A DNA stretch of 64,000 bases from Pseudomonas sp. Lineage in GTDB: Bacteria > Pseudomonadota > Gammaproteobacteria > Pseudomonadales > Pseudomonadaceae. The DNA is taken from NCBI GenBank assembly GCA_033852045.1, contig JAWSVF010000008.1, forward strand, positions 77,390-141,389. Direction: 5' to 3'. The notes beneath the pieces were generated by a model. That model made no database searches and was not told where the DNA came from. It saw only the letters and a program-made list of their open reading frames with translations. Below, piece after piece: positions 21,708-32,689 of the stretch (positions are counted from its first letter, which is position 1; every line of letters starts with the position of its first letter). A program made the translations under genes and the position numbers.

Positions 21708-22642
21708 TGGAAACCCGCGCTCACCACGTGCTGATAGGGCTCTTTACGCTGCTCGCTGCCGGCGCCGCTGTCGTGTTCGCACTATGGCTTGGCAGCGCGG
21801 CGAACAGCCGCGAATACAAGGAATACATCGTCGTCTTCAAGGAGGCTGTAACGGGCCTGTCGCGTGGTAGTGCCGTGCAATACAGCGGCATCAAGGTAGG
21901 GGAAATCTACTCGCTGCAACTCGACCCCGAAGATCCACGCCGCGTCCTTGCGCAGATCCGGGTGGGCACCAATGTACCCATCAAGGAAAACACCCGAGCA
22001 CGCCTTTCCTTCACTGGAATCACCGGCAATTCGGTCATCGAACTGAGCCATGGCACCCCTTCAAGTCCGTTGCTGACCAGCATAGAGGGTACCCCTGTCA
22101 TCGTTGCCGCCCCCTCGCCTATTTCTTCGTTACTGGCGGACGGCGAAGACCTCATGACCAACGTCAACCAGCTGATGTCCAATGCCCGAAGCATCTTGTC
22201 AGATGAGAATGCCGACAGTATTGGCCGCACCCTGACCAACGTCGAGCGCGCCACGGGTGGCATTGCGGCCCAGAGTGAAGATCTGGCGCGTCTACTCGCG
22301 GAAATGACCAAGGCCAGCGAGCAAGTCAATGAAACGCTGATGCGCAGCAGTGATCTTCTGGTGAGCGCCGATCGATTGCTCAATCAGCAAGGCGCACGTA
22401 CGTTGAATCAGGCGGAGGAAGCACTGACATCGATTGCCAGCGCCAGCGGAACCCTGGAAGGTCTGCTGGACGATAACAGCGAGGCCTTCACGTCCGGTAT
22501 GCAGGGCCTTTCCCAACTGGAACCGGCCATCAATGAACTGCGCGCCACGCTTGGTTCATTACGCACCATCACACGCCGTCTCGAAGACAATCCCACGCGC
22601 TTCATACTGGGTCGCGATAGCATGGAGGAGTTCGAACCATGA
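21707..22642 (+). CDS. MlaD/MCE-domain substrate-binding protein
   Basis: 311 aa with an N-terminal TM and an MCE domain (GLSRGSAVQYSGIKVGEI). A helical C-terminus follows. Confidence 0.85.
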   Translation: METRAHHVLIGLFTLLAAGAAVVFALWLGSAANSREYKEYIVVFKEAVTGLSRGSAVQYSGIKVGEIYSLQLDPEDPRRVLAQIRVGTNVPIKENTRARLSFTGITGNSVIELSHGTPSSPLLTSIEGTPVIVAAPSPISSLLADGEDLMTNVNQLMSNARSILSDENADSIGRTLTNVERATGGIAAQSEDLARLLAEMTKASEQVNETLMRSSDLLVSADRLLNQQGARTLNQAEEALTSIASASGTLEGLLDDNSEAFTSGMQGLSQLEPAINELRATLGSLRTITRRLEDNPTRFILGRDSMEEFEP

Positions 22643-23268
22643 AACAGGCCCACCGCAAGCTGCTGACCGGTGCCGCGTTGCTGAGTACTTTGTGGCTTTC
22701 CGCGTGCACCGTTTTCCCTGAAGCCGAATCGCTTACCATCTACCAGATGCCTGCACCTGACATGAGCGCCTCGTCCAGCGCTCCTGTCCCTCTCTCGTTG
22801 CGCATCAGCACACCCAGAGCAGGCTCGGTGTTAAGTAGTCCGCGCATGGTAGTCAACCCCCGGGGAAACGAGCTGCAGAATTACAAGGGCGCACGCTGGA
22901 CCGATCCGGTACCTGCGCTGCTGCGCGACCATCTGGCACAGGCCTTCGAACAACGCGGCGCACTTACCGCAGTGAGCACGGATGAAAACGCGTTCAGCGC
23001 TGACATTCACATGAGCAGTGACCTGCGCCGTTTTCAGGTGATTTACGGAGACTCCGGACCCTATGCCTTAATCGAACTGAACGCCCGACTGATTGACCCC
23101 ACGAGCCGGAATGTCATTGCGGGCGAGACGTTTATTACCCAACAGGCATTGGCCTCTGAGGCCGTTTCCGGGGTGGTGGATGCTTTCAAACAGGCTTCTG
23201 ATGACCTAGCCGCCAGGTTGATCGACTGGACGACCAGCGAGCTCTCGGGGAGGGCTGTAAGCCCCTGA
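22639..23268 (+). CDS. ABC-transport auxiliary lipoprotein (PqiC/DUF330-like)
   Basis: 209 aa with a lipobox (WLSAC). It is translationally coupled (ATGA) to the MCE gene, the usual position of PqiC-like lipoproteins. Confidence 0.65.
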   Translation: MKQAHRKLLTGAALLSTLWLSACTVFPEAESLTIYQMPAPDMSASSSAPVPLSLRISTPRAGSVLSSPRMVVNPRGNELQNYKGARWTDPVPALLRDHLAQAFEQRGALTAVSTDENAFSADIHMSSDLRRFQVIYGDSGPYALIELNARLIDPTSRNVIAGETFITQQALASEAVSGVVDAFKQASDDLAARLIDWTTSELSGRAVSP

Positions 23269-23312
23269 AAGATATATGCTCAGTTGATGCTGCGGTCTGC
23301 GCCCTTTGCGGG

Positions 23313-23786
23313 TCAGACGCCCGCCAGGTTGAGCAGGGCCTTGAATAGAAGCAGAACCAAATAGCCGACCAGAACAACCAAACCCAGAAGTACGGTAGCC
23401 AGCCCCCAGACAAAAAAGCGACTACTGACCTCCGTTTCACGGGGGCTGTCCAGGTATTGGTTAAGCAGGCTCACATTACGATTATTGGCCTTCCAGGCAA
23501 AATCGAACAGATCACCCACCAGCGGCACGGCACCCACAACGGTATCAACCAGTACATTGAAGGCCATTTTCAGCAACAGAACCTTCGGGGCGCCCATACG
23601 TGCAGCCTCGGAGATCACCACGCTGGAAATCAACGCCGAGATGACGTCACCCACACCAGGAATGAGGCCAATCAGGCCATCCAGGCCAAAGCGAGCATTG
23701 AAGCCCGGCACCTTGATCGAGCTGTCGAGGAACCAGGCCAGACGTTCCAGCTTCTTTCGAGTTTTCTCATTACCTGTATTGCGCAT
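23313..23786 (-). CDS. DUF4112 membrane protein
   Basis: The motifs RFGLDGLIGLIPGVGD ... PLVGDLFDFAWKANNRN match my recollection of DUF4112. The start is either the ATG at 23786 or the GTG at 23798. Confidence 0.6.
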   Translation of the reverse strand: MRNTGNEKTRKKLERLAWFLDSSIKVPGFNARFGLDGLIGLIPGVGDVISALISSVVISEAARMGAPKVLLLKMAFNVLVDTVVGAVPLVGDLFDFAWKANNRNVSLLNQYLDSPRETEVSSRFFVWGLATVLLGLVVLVGYLVLLLFKALLNLAGV

Positions 23787-23998
23787 ATGCAGTCTCACTC
23801 AATTGTTAAAGTGAGACCCGCTTATACCAAATAAGATCCCAATGGCCGATCATTCCCACTCGAATATCAATGATCAGGAAATCTATTTAAATAACAGTTA
23901 GTTAGAAAGGTTAAATTTCTCAATACCATAATCTATACCATGCGCAGATTTTGTCATTTTTTGCGTCTTGTCGGCTTCACATTGAAATGCATCAAGCA

Positions 23999-24529
23999 TT
24001 AAAAATCTGAGAGCTTACTGATGGCTGTCAGCAAATGCTGATTGAACACCTCATCAGTAATGACATTGCTCTCCAAGTCGAAATGATCATAAAAACTCGG
24101 TAACGATATCGCACTGATCACATTTGCAGCAAAGTAAGGCGCAGACGCCTGCGCCGCAGCTAAAACACTTCTCGCCCCACTCTGTCCCGGCGATGTGGAC
24201 AGCATTATTACAGGTTTATTCTGAAACACTTTCATGTCTATTCGAGACATCCAATCGAACACATTCTTATACGCGGACGTAAACGAGCCATTGTATTCCG
24301 CGAACGAGATGACCACGCAATCTGACTCTCCTATAGCGCGATAAAAATCGCGAGCTAACGGTGGAATCCCCAACTCCTTTTCTCTGTCCACGCTGTAGAT
24401 GGGCATTTCAAATTCGTTCAGATCGAACAGTGTCACATCGGCCTTGCTTATTTGGTGTGCCGCATAACACGCTAGTGTTTTGTTGATAGAATGTTGGCTG
24501 TTACTTGCGCCAAAAGCCAGTACTTTCAT
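23999..24529 (-). CDS. NADPH-dependent FMN reductase family oxidoreductase
   Basis: 176 aa, flavodoxin-like (MKVLAFGASNSQHSINK ... YNGSFTSAYKNVFDW). It lies in an AT-rich segment, co-oriented with the MFS gene. Confidence 0.75.
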   Translation of the reverse strand: MKVLAFGASNSQHSINKTLACYAAHQISKADVTLFDLNEFEMPIYSVDREKELGIPPLARDFYRAIGESDCVVISFAEYNGSFTSAYKNVFDWMSRIDMKVFQNKPVIMLSTSPGQSGARSVLAAAQASAPYFAANVISAISLPSFYDHFDLESNVITDEVFNQHLLTAISKLSDF

Positions 24530-24543
24530 ATTAACTACCTTTA

Positions 24544-25725
24544 TTAGGAGTAGAATTTATCGATGATTGTTTTTTTCAGCATGGTGGCACCAGCAATGGC
24601 TAAAATGACTGTAAAAACCATCGCAGATAAATAAAAATCGCTATATCCCAACTTGGCAATGAGTAACGAGGTAATAAACGGCGACACAAATTGCCCAATA
24701 AAAATGCTGCTGGTTAATACGCCAGAGGCAAATCCACGTTTAGCGCTCGGCACTAGCCCCATACCTTTCACCATGAAGTTAGGCATTATCATCCCCATAC
24801 AAACGCCCATCAGGCTACAGCCAAGCATTACGAGGCTAAACGACGTGGCTTGTGATAACACCAACATGGCCAGACTCATAAAGAGAAAACCAACGAGTGC
24901 CACACCATAACTCTGGATTTTCTCGACCAGCTTGCCAAATAAAACCCCTGTGATTGCCGCGGTTAATGTCCCCATACCGATCGCTAATCCCGACAGGCTG
25001 GGGTCAGTAATACCAATGTCTGCCATAAAAAAAGGGATTTGGGTTGGTAAGATATAAAAAACCACCAAGTGGCAGAAAATGAATATTGCGCAACCGAGTA
25101 AAGGGAGTTTCCAGCCTTTATCGATATCGTCGCTGTTACTATCGCTTTGTTGATGGCTTTTTTGATTATCGTGAATCGAGAGAAGTACGAGTGGAACCAG
25201 CAAAATAGCAACGGCGTAGATATAAAAAGGAAGCCGTGCGCTGATGCCCGCTAAGTAGCCGGCTGTTACAATAAAAATAATACCGCCGATATTAGAAAAG
25301 GCTTGTTGCAGCCCCATAAATTGGCTGCGTTTCGCCCCCGAATAATAATCGGCAATAAGCGCGGTGACCGCCGTCATCAGCCCTGCAACACATATCCCTA
25401 AAATAGCTCGGCTAATAAGAATACTCTCAAGAGATTGCAACTGAGCCCCAGCAGATCCGGCTGTAGCAAAAACGAGTGTTGCAATGATGATTTGCTCTTT
25501 TCGACCGAATTTATCGGCTGTCCAGCCTAAAATTGGCGCAAAAATAACCACAAAAAACGCGGGGAGTGGCAGCAGCATTTTGACCAAAAAATCAGCAGAA
25601 GATGTTCCCGAGAACTCATCAGCCAACCCAGGTAACGCAGGCGCAATAGTCGCATTAGACATCACCGTGAGTGTGGAAAGCAGCAACAAACACAGCGCGC
25701 TAAGATCGAATAATTTGCGTTTCAT
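24544..25725 (-). CDS. MFS transporter (12-TM type)
   Basis: A polytopic hydrophobic protein with the MFS loop motif (GWTADKFGRKE). The start is trimmed to MKRKLFDL. Confidence 0.85.
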   Translation of the reverse strand: MKRKLFDLSALCLLLLSTLTVMSNATIAPALPGLADEFSGTSSADFLVKMLLPLPAFFVVIFAPILGWTADKFGRKEQIIIATLVFATAGSAGAQLQSLESILISRAILGICVAGLMTAVTALIADYYSGAKRSQFMGLQQAFSNIGGIIFIVTAGYLAGISARLPFYIYAVAILLVPLVLLSIHDNQKSHQQSDSNSDDIDKGWKLPLLGCAIFIFCHLVVFYILPTQIPFFMADIGITDPSLSGLAIGMGTLTAAITGVLFGKLVEKIQSYGVALVGFLFMSLAMLVLSQATSFSLVMLGCSLMGVCMGMIMPNFMVKGMGLVPSAKRGFASGVLTSSIFIGQFVSPFITSLLIAKLGYSDFYLSAMVFTVILAIAGATMLKKTIIDKFYS

Positions 25726-25821
25726 GATAGCGTTTCCTCGGCATATAAAGTCGCTTTCCAACTGCCTCCGTCTTCGCCTTTTGATGCAAAGGTAGGATTG
25801 AGTGAGTTGAAATTTTCGTCT

Positions 25822-25852
25822 ATTCTTCGACCTTAACTTAAGTTGAGGTCAA
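25822..25852 (-). promoter_or_regulatory. SoxR-type (MerR-class) promoter with palindromic operator for the MFS-reductase operon
   Basis: On the minus strand the sequence reads TTGACC-N19-AAGAAT. The 19-bp spacer contains the near-perfect palindrome ACCTCAACTTAAGTTAAGGT (25830-25849), which resembles the E. coli soxS operator. It sits between the divergent soxR and MFS genes. Confidence 0.6.
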
Positions 25853-25859
25853 GCATAAA

Positions 25860-26315
25860 ATGCGAAAAATCATCATGCCTGAATGGATTTCAGTCGGAAC
25901 CTTAAGTGAAAGAACAGGGGTATCGATATCCGCTTTACATTTTTATGAAAGGAAAGGCTTGATTCAAAGTCAGCGCAACGCTTCTAATCACAGGCAATAC
26001 CCTAAGCATGTGATTCGTATTGTGTCTTTGATTCAAGTTGCTCAACGGACAGGTTTTTCGTTAGACGATATCTTATTAGAGTTTGAAGTATTGCCCTCTC
26101 GAAGCCGAGTGACCTTACAAGACTGGGAGGCGTTGGGATTACGCTGGCAAAAAGAGCTTGATAGGAAGATTACGCAATTAACCGAGCTGAAAAGTATGAT
26201 GACAGATTGTATCGGCTGCGGCTGCTTGTCTCTTGAACGATGCAAACTTCTCAACCCATACGATGAATTAGGTGCTGAAGGAACCGGGCCAAGACGCATG
26301 ACAGAACAAGTATGA
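25860..26315 (+). CDS. soxR: Redox-sensitive transcriptional activator SoxR (MerR family, 2Fe-2S)
   Basis: It has a MerR HTH (VGTLSERTGVSISALHFYERKGLI) and the diagnostic cluster motif CIGCGCLSLERC. An alternative start is at 25875. Confidence 0.9.
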   Translation: MRKIIMPEWISVGTLSERTGVSISALHFYERKGLIQSQRNASNHRQYPKHVIRIVSLIQVAQRTGFSLDDILLEFEVLPSRSRVTLQDWEALGLRWQKELDRKITQLTELKSMMTDCIGCGCLSLERCKLLNPYDELGAEGTGPRRMTEQV

Positions 26316-26410
26316 ATTAGTACAAATAAAGGTTAACTCATATAGAAAACGAGCGTCTGAACAGCTTAAGTTGATGGATATATTTTATTCTATGGGAATT
26401 ATTTAAATAA

Positions 26411-26443
26411 AAAATGCCAGTCAGAAAACTGACTGGCATTTTC
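26411..26443. terminator. Bidirectional rho-independent terminator between soxR and guaA
   Basis: The perfect hairpin GCCAGTCAG-AAAA-CTGACTGGC is flanked by an A-run and a T-run. Confidence 0.75.
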
Positions 26444-26478
26444 GTTAGTTGGAAGGCTTAATCGCTATCTAACGAGCC

Positions 26479-28059
26479 CTACTCCCACTCAATAGTTGCT
26501 GGCGGCTTGCTGGATATATCGTAGGTGACCCTAGATACGCCAGTGATCTCGTTGATGATCCGATTGGATACGGTTTCCAGAAACTCGTAGGGCAAGTGCG
26601 CCCAGCGTGCCGTCATGAAGTCGATGGTCTCAACCGCACGTAGTGCAATCACCCACTCGTAACGGCGGGCGTCACCCACAACGCCCACGGAGCGCACCGG
26701 CAGGAACACCGCGAAGGCCTGACTGGTCTTGTGGTAGAGATCGGCACGGCGCAGCTCTTCGATAAAGATATGATCCGCACGGCGCAGGATGTCAGCATAT
26801 TCCTTGCGCACTTCAGCGAGAATCCGCACACCCAAACCCGGACCGGGGAAGGGATGACGGTAGACCATGTCGAAGGGCAGGCCCAGTTCCAGACCGATCT
26901 TGCGGACCTCGTCCTTGAACAGCTCGCGCAGTGGCTCAACCAGCTCGAAGGCCATATCGTCCGGTAGGCCACCAACGTTATGGTGGGACTTGATCACATG
27001 GGCTTTGCCGTTCTTGGAGCCGGCAGACTCGATCACATCTGGATAGATGGTGCCTTGAGCCAGGTACTTCACGCCCTGGAGCCTGGTCGCCTCTTCATCG
27101 AAGACTTCAATAAAGGTGCGGCCGATGATCTTGCGCTTTTCTTCAGGGTCAGTAACGCCCAGCAACCGGGAAAGAAACTTCTCTTCGGCATTAACGCGAA
27201 TGACCTTCACGCCCATGTTCTCTGCGAACATGGCCATCACCTGCTCACCCTCGTGCAGACGCAGCAAACCGTTATCCACGAATACACAGGTCAACTGATC
27301 ACCAATGGCCTGATGCAGCAGCGCGGCGACTACCGAAGAGTCCACACCGCCAGACAGACCCAAAAGCACATTGGCATCGCCAACCTGCGCCCGCACGTTG
27401 GCGACTGCATCCTCAACAATGTTGGACGGCGTCCACAGGGCCTCACACGCGCACAGCTCAAGAATGAAGCGCGACAGCATGCGCTGTCCCTGGCGGGTAT
27501 GGGTCACCTCCGGGTGAAACTGCAGGCCATAGAAATGGCGCTTTTCATCGCCCATTGCCGCAATCGGGCAGCTCGGAGTGCTGGCCAGAATCTGGAAATT
27601 CTCGGGCAGCTCGATGACCTTATCGCCATGACTCATCCATACATCAAGGCTGAACTGACCATCCGCGTCGACATGGTCCTCGATACCTGCGAGGAAGTCG
27701 CTTTTGCCAACTATGTCGACCCGCGCGTAACCGAATTCATGTTTGTCGGAGCCCTGAACCTTGCCGCCTAGCTGCTCGGCCATGGTCTGCATGCCGTAAC
27801 AGATACCCAGCACCGGTACACCTAGCGTAAATACGACTTCGGGAGCGCGAGGTGAGCCTGGCAGCGGCACGGACTCTGGCCCACCCGCGAGAATGATGCC
27901 CTTGGGGGCGAAATCACGAATCTCGTTTTCGTCCATGTCCCAGGCACGAATCTCGCAATACACACCAATCTCTCGTACACGGCGAGCAATCAACTGGGTG
28001 TACTGAGAACCGAAGTCCAGAATCAGGATGCGGTGGGCATGAATATCTTGATGGACCAT
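26479..28059 (-). CDS. guaA: GMP synthase (glutamine-hydrolysing)
   Basis: The N-terminus [32 protein letters not shown] and the C-terminus [11 protein letters not shown] are typical. The start is trimmed to MVHQD. Confidence 0.95.
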   Translation of the reverse strand: MVHQDIHAHRILILDFGSQYTQLIARRVREIGVYCEIRAWDMDENEIRDFAPKGIILAGGPESVPLPGSPRAPEVVFTLGVPVLGICYGMQTMAEQLGGKVQGSDKHEFGYARVDIVGKSDFLAGIEDHVDADGQFSLDVWMSHGDKVIELPENFQILASTPSCPIAAMGDEKRHFYGLQFHPEVTHTRQGQRMLSRFILELCACEALWTPSNIVEDAVANVRAQVGDANVLLGLSGGVDSSVVAALLHQAIGDQLTCVFVDNGLLRLHEGEQVMAMFAENMGVKVIRVNAEEKFLSRLLGVTDPEEKRKIIGRTFIEVFDEEATRLQGVKYLAQGTIYPDVIESAGSKNGKAHVIKSHHNVGGLPDDMAFELVEPLRELFKDEVRKIGLELGLPFDMVYRHPFPGPGLGVRILAEVRKEYADILRRADHIFIEELRRADLYHKTSQAFAVFLPVRSVGVVGDARRYEWVIALRAVETIDFMTARWAHLPYEFLETVSNRIINEITGVSRVTYDISSKPPATIEWE

Positions 28060-28185
28060 GGGGCAGGCTCTCTGAAGGACGTTGCGCAAAAAAGCGGTGA
28101 AAATAATGACTGCAGCGATCGATCCGGGAATGCTCCCTGTCATGACCCGACTGTGCAGGCCGTGACAGGGGCTCCGCGCTGTCGC

Positions 28186-29691
<1,506 letters not shown>

Positions 29692-29779
29692 TTATACCTG
29701 CCACACGCATTACGCTCAATGAGTATCGCATTACAACCTGATTATTCTCTGCAGGCCTTCGGCAGGCTAAGATGGGCAC

Positions 29780-31162
29780 ATGAATGATGACGCCCTGTTT
29801 CAACGCCTTACCAAAGAACGCGACGTGCTTAGCGTCAGCCAACTCAATGCTCGCGCCCGCAGCCTGCTCGAGGACGTATTCCCGCAGATCTGGGTCGAAG
29901 GTGAGCTGTCAAACCTCGCCCGCCCCTCATCTGGCCACCTTTATTTCAGCCTGAAGGACAGTAAGGCACAGATCCGCTGTGCCTTTTTCCGTCAGCATGC
30001 CAGTCGCGTACGCCTGGCATTGAATGATGGCCTGCAGGTAAGGGTACGCGGTCGCGTCAGCCTCTACGAAGGCCGGGGTGATTATCAACTGATTGTCGAC
30101 AGCATGGAATCAGCCGGCGACGGCGCCCTGCGCCTGGCATTCGACGCATTGAAAGCCAAGCTTCTGGAAGAAGGTCTGTTCGCCACTGAACGCAAACGGC
30201 CATTACCCACGCACCCTAAACGCATAGGCGTCATCACATCGCCCAGCGGCGCGGCAGTAAGAGACATCATCAGCGTATTTGGCCGGCGCGCACCCTTCAT
30301 CGAACTGGTCGTAATCCCTACCCCGGTCCAGGGCCGTGACGCCGCACCGCAGATTGTGCGCGCCCTCCAACTGGCCGACCGATCAGGTTTTGACGCATTG
30401 ATCGTTGCCCGCGGCGGTGGATCTCTGGAAGATCTCTGGCCCTTCAACGAAGAAATCGTTGCTCGCGCGCTGGCCGACTGCCAAACCCCGACAGTCAGCG
30501 CTGTGGGGCATGAGACCGACGTGTCGATTTGCGACTTCATTGCCGACGTGCGTGCGCCTACACCCTCTGCGGCCGCTGAACTGCTCAGCCCCGACCAGCA
30601 AGCCATGTTGCAACAGGTCGAACGCGCCCATCGGCAACTGCGCCAATGCCTGCGCGACCGCCTGGCCCGTGAGCACCTGCGCCTGGACAACCTGCGCCGC
30701 CGCCTGCGCCACCCAGGCGAGCGCCTGGCTCAGCAAGCGCAACGTCTGGATGATCTGGAGCTGCGCCTCAAGCGAAGCGTACGCCAGCAACTGAACCTGA
30801 TAGGTCAGCGCAATGAGCGATTACAAGCGCGTCTGCAGGCCCAGCATCCAGGTAGGCACCTGGCACTCCTGCGGCAACGCCTCGACCAGCTCGATCAGCG
30901 AATGCCCCGCGCCATGACGCAAACACTGCAGCAGCGCAGGCAACGTATGGAAAGCCTGGTCCAGACCCTCCATGTAGTCAGCCCCCTGGCGACGCTGGGC
31001 CGCGGCTACAGCATCCTGTTTGACCAACAGGGTAAGCCATTGCGCAGCCAAGCCGACACCAAACCGGGCCAGCGCATTGAAGCCCAGCTCAGCGACGGCC
31101 GCTTGGCCTTGCGCGTCGAAGACAATCTGGACGCTCCACACACCCTCCCACTGCTGGATTAA
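29780..31162 (+). CDS. xseA: Exodeoxyribonuclease VII large subunit
   Basis: 460 aa with an OB-fold N-terminus (VSQLNARARSLLEDVFPQIWVEGELSN) and a long coiled-coil C-terminus. It is divergent from guaB as in E. coli. Confidence 0.9.
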   Translation: MNDDALFQRLTKERDVLSVSQLNARARSLLEDVFPQIWVEGELSNLARPSSGHLYFSLKDSKAQIRCAFFRQHASRVRLALNDGLQVRVRGRVSLYEGRGDYQLIVDSMESAGDGALRLAFDALKAKLLEEGLFATERKRPLPTHPKRIGVITSPSGAAVRDIISVFGRRAPFIELVVIPTPVQGRDAAPQIVRALQLADRSGFDALIVARGGGSLEDLWPFNEEIVARALADCQTPTVSAVGHETDVSICDFIADVRAPTPSAAAELLSPDQQAMLQQVERAHRQLRQCLRDRLAREHLRLDNLRRRLRHPGERLAQQAQRLDDLELRLKRSVRQQLNLIGQRNERLQARLQAQHPGRHLALLRQRLDQLDQRMPRAMTQTLQQRRQRMESLVQTLHVVSPLATLGRGYSILFDQQGKPLRSQADTKPGQRIEAQLSDGRLALRVEDNLDAPHTLPLLD

Positions 31163-31164
31163 CC

Positions 31165-31998
31165 ATGCCGTTCAAGCGTCTATTCATTCTACTCTGTCTG
31201 GCAGCGTTCGCTTTCCCTGCCCAGGCAGAAGGCTTTATTACCCGACTATTAAACAAGCCAGTCCCCGGCGGCGTAGTTGTGGTCGCGCTGCCGGAGCAAG
31301 CCGATGCTCCTGCAGCGCAATATCGCGACCAACCGCTACTGGTGATCCGCGAGGAAGGCGAGCGCTGGATCGCCATCGCAGGTATTCCGCTAATCGTAAA
31401 ACCCGGTACCGAATACATCGAGACTGACAACGGCCAACGCATTGCTTTCACGGTTACCGACCGCAAATACCCCGAGCAGCACATAAAACTGAAAAACCAG
31501 CAGCACGTCACGCCAAATCCCGAGCATCTGAAACGCATACAGCGTGAGCTGGACGAACAGATCACCGCCTACAAGCGCTTTAGCGCCCGCCAACCCAGCA
31601 ACCTGCTCTTCGACCGCCCAGTGGAAGGCAGCCTTTCCAGTGCCTTCGGTCTGCGGCGATTCTTCAACGGTGAAGAACGCAACCCCCACTCCGGACTGGA
31701 TTTCGCCGCACCCACCGGCACTTCAATCAAAGCCCCAGCCGCTGGACAGGTGATTCTTACGGGTGATTATTTCTTTAACGGCAAAACGGTATTCGTCGAT
31801 CACGGCCAAGGACTGATCAGTATGTTCTGCCATCTATCGGCGATCGACGTGAAGGTTGGCGATGAAGTCGCCCGCGGCGGACACGTCGGCAAGGTAGGCG
31901 CAACAGGCCGAGCCACCGGCCCCCATCTGCACTGGAATGTCAGCCTCAACAATACCCGCGTAGACCCGTCGATCTTCATCGGGGCTTTCATGCCATGA
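31165..31998 (+). CDS. M23-family peptidoglycan metalloendopeptidase
   Basis: It has a signal peptide and the M23 motifs HSGLDFAAP and GPHLHWNV. Confidence 0.85.
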   Translation: MPFKRLFILLCLAAFAFPAQAEGFITRLLNKPVPGGVVVVALPEQADAPAAQYRDQPLLVIREEGERWIAIAGIPLIVKPGTEYIETDNGQRIAFTVTDRKYPEQHIKLKNQQHVTPNPEHLKRIQRELDEQITAYKRFSARQPSNLLFDRPVEGSLSSAFGLRRFFNGEERNPHSGLDFAAPTGTSIKAPAAGQVILTGDYFFNGKTVFVDHGQGLISMFCHLSAIDVKVGDEVARGGHVGKVGATGRATGPHLHWNVSLNNTRVDPSIFIGAFMP

Positions 31999-32021
31999 CC
32001 AGTATGGTCCGCAGGAAAGCT

Positions 32022-32207
32022 GGTTTGGATTTTGACTTTGGACAGCAAAATACACATCACGCTAACGCCCCTTGGGCGCAAAGTCTGGCGGGGTGGAGAA
32101 AGTGTCAAAAACATCGAGTGAGGCAGCCCCAGGCCGAGAGTCCACACCGACACGCTGCAAGTACGTCCCTGTAAGCTCGACGATGGCATCCATGCCATCG
32201 ACGGTCG
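32022..32207 (+). repeat. Intergenic repeat element, copy 1 (longer, with internal insertion)
   Basis: It shares GGTTTGGATTTTGACTTTGGACAGCAAA ... CATCAC ... GCGGGGTGGAGAAAGTGTC ... ACGTCCCTGTAAGC..ATGG with copy 2. Confidence 0.6.
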
Positions 32208-32284
32208 GCTTAGTCCTCTCGGCCTGCCTCTGCTATTAGCTAATCAGCTGCCAGCGAGAGAACCCTCAATAGGATCGTTAGATA

Positions 32285-32418
32285 GGTTTTGATTTTGAAT
32301 TTGGACAGCAAACCCCGCATCACTCCGATGCTGGTTAAGCGCACAGCCTTGCGGGGTGGAGAAAGTGTCTGAAACAGGGACGTTTCTGACAAGCCTCCAT
32401 GGATGGATTCACGGCGGC
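32285..32418 (+). repeat. Intergenic repeat element, copy 2
   Basis: GGTTTTGATTTTGAATTTGGACAGCAAA ... CATCAC ... GCGGGGTGGAGAAAGTGTC ... ACGTTTCTGACAAGCCTCCATGG. It has the same orientation as copy 1 and starts about 263 bp further right. Confidence 0.6.
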
Positions 32419-32689
32419 TTTCGTAATTCCACCAGGCTGGGAGTGACCAACCCCTATCCCCACCGAACTCTTTGGCATCCAAATCGCACTCGAAGAATCA
32501 CGCAACAATCCTCCAAAATCACCAATCAATAATCATCTAAAACCCAAATATCGCAACTTATTAGCTATTCCTGCCAAATTTAAAACACCCATTGCAATAA
32601 AAACTACCAACCGCTAACTTTCACTGCAACAACACCCCATTGAGTACCCGCCCGACCCACAAGGTATCGGGCCGAAAAGGAAGCAGACC

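Noticed and set aside
31800-32482. ORFs of 132, 73 and 80 aa over the M23-leuA spacer
   Set aside because: They lie across the two repeat copies. Their similarity to each other reflects the DNA repeat, and they have no Shine-Dalgarno sequences or protein-like features.
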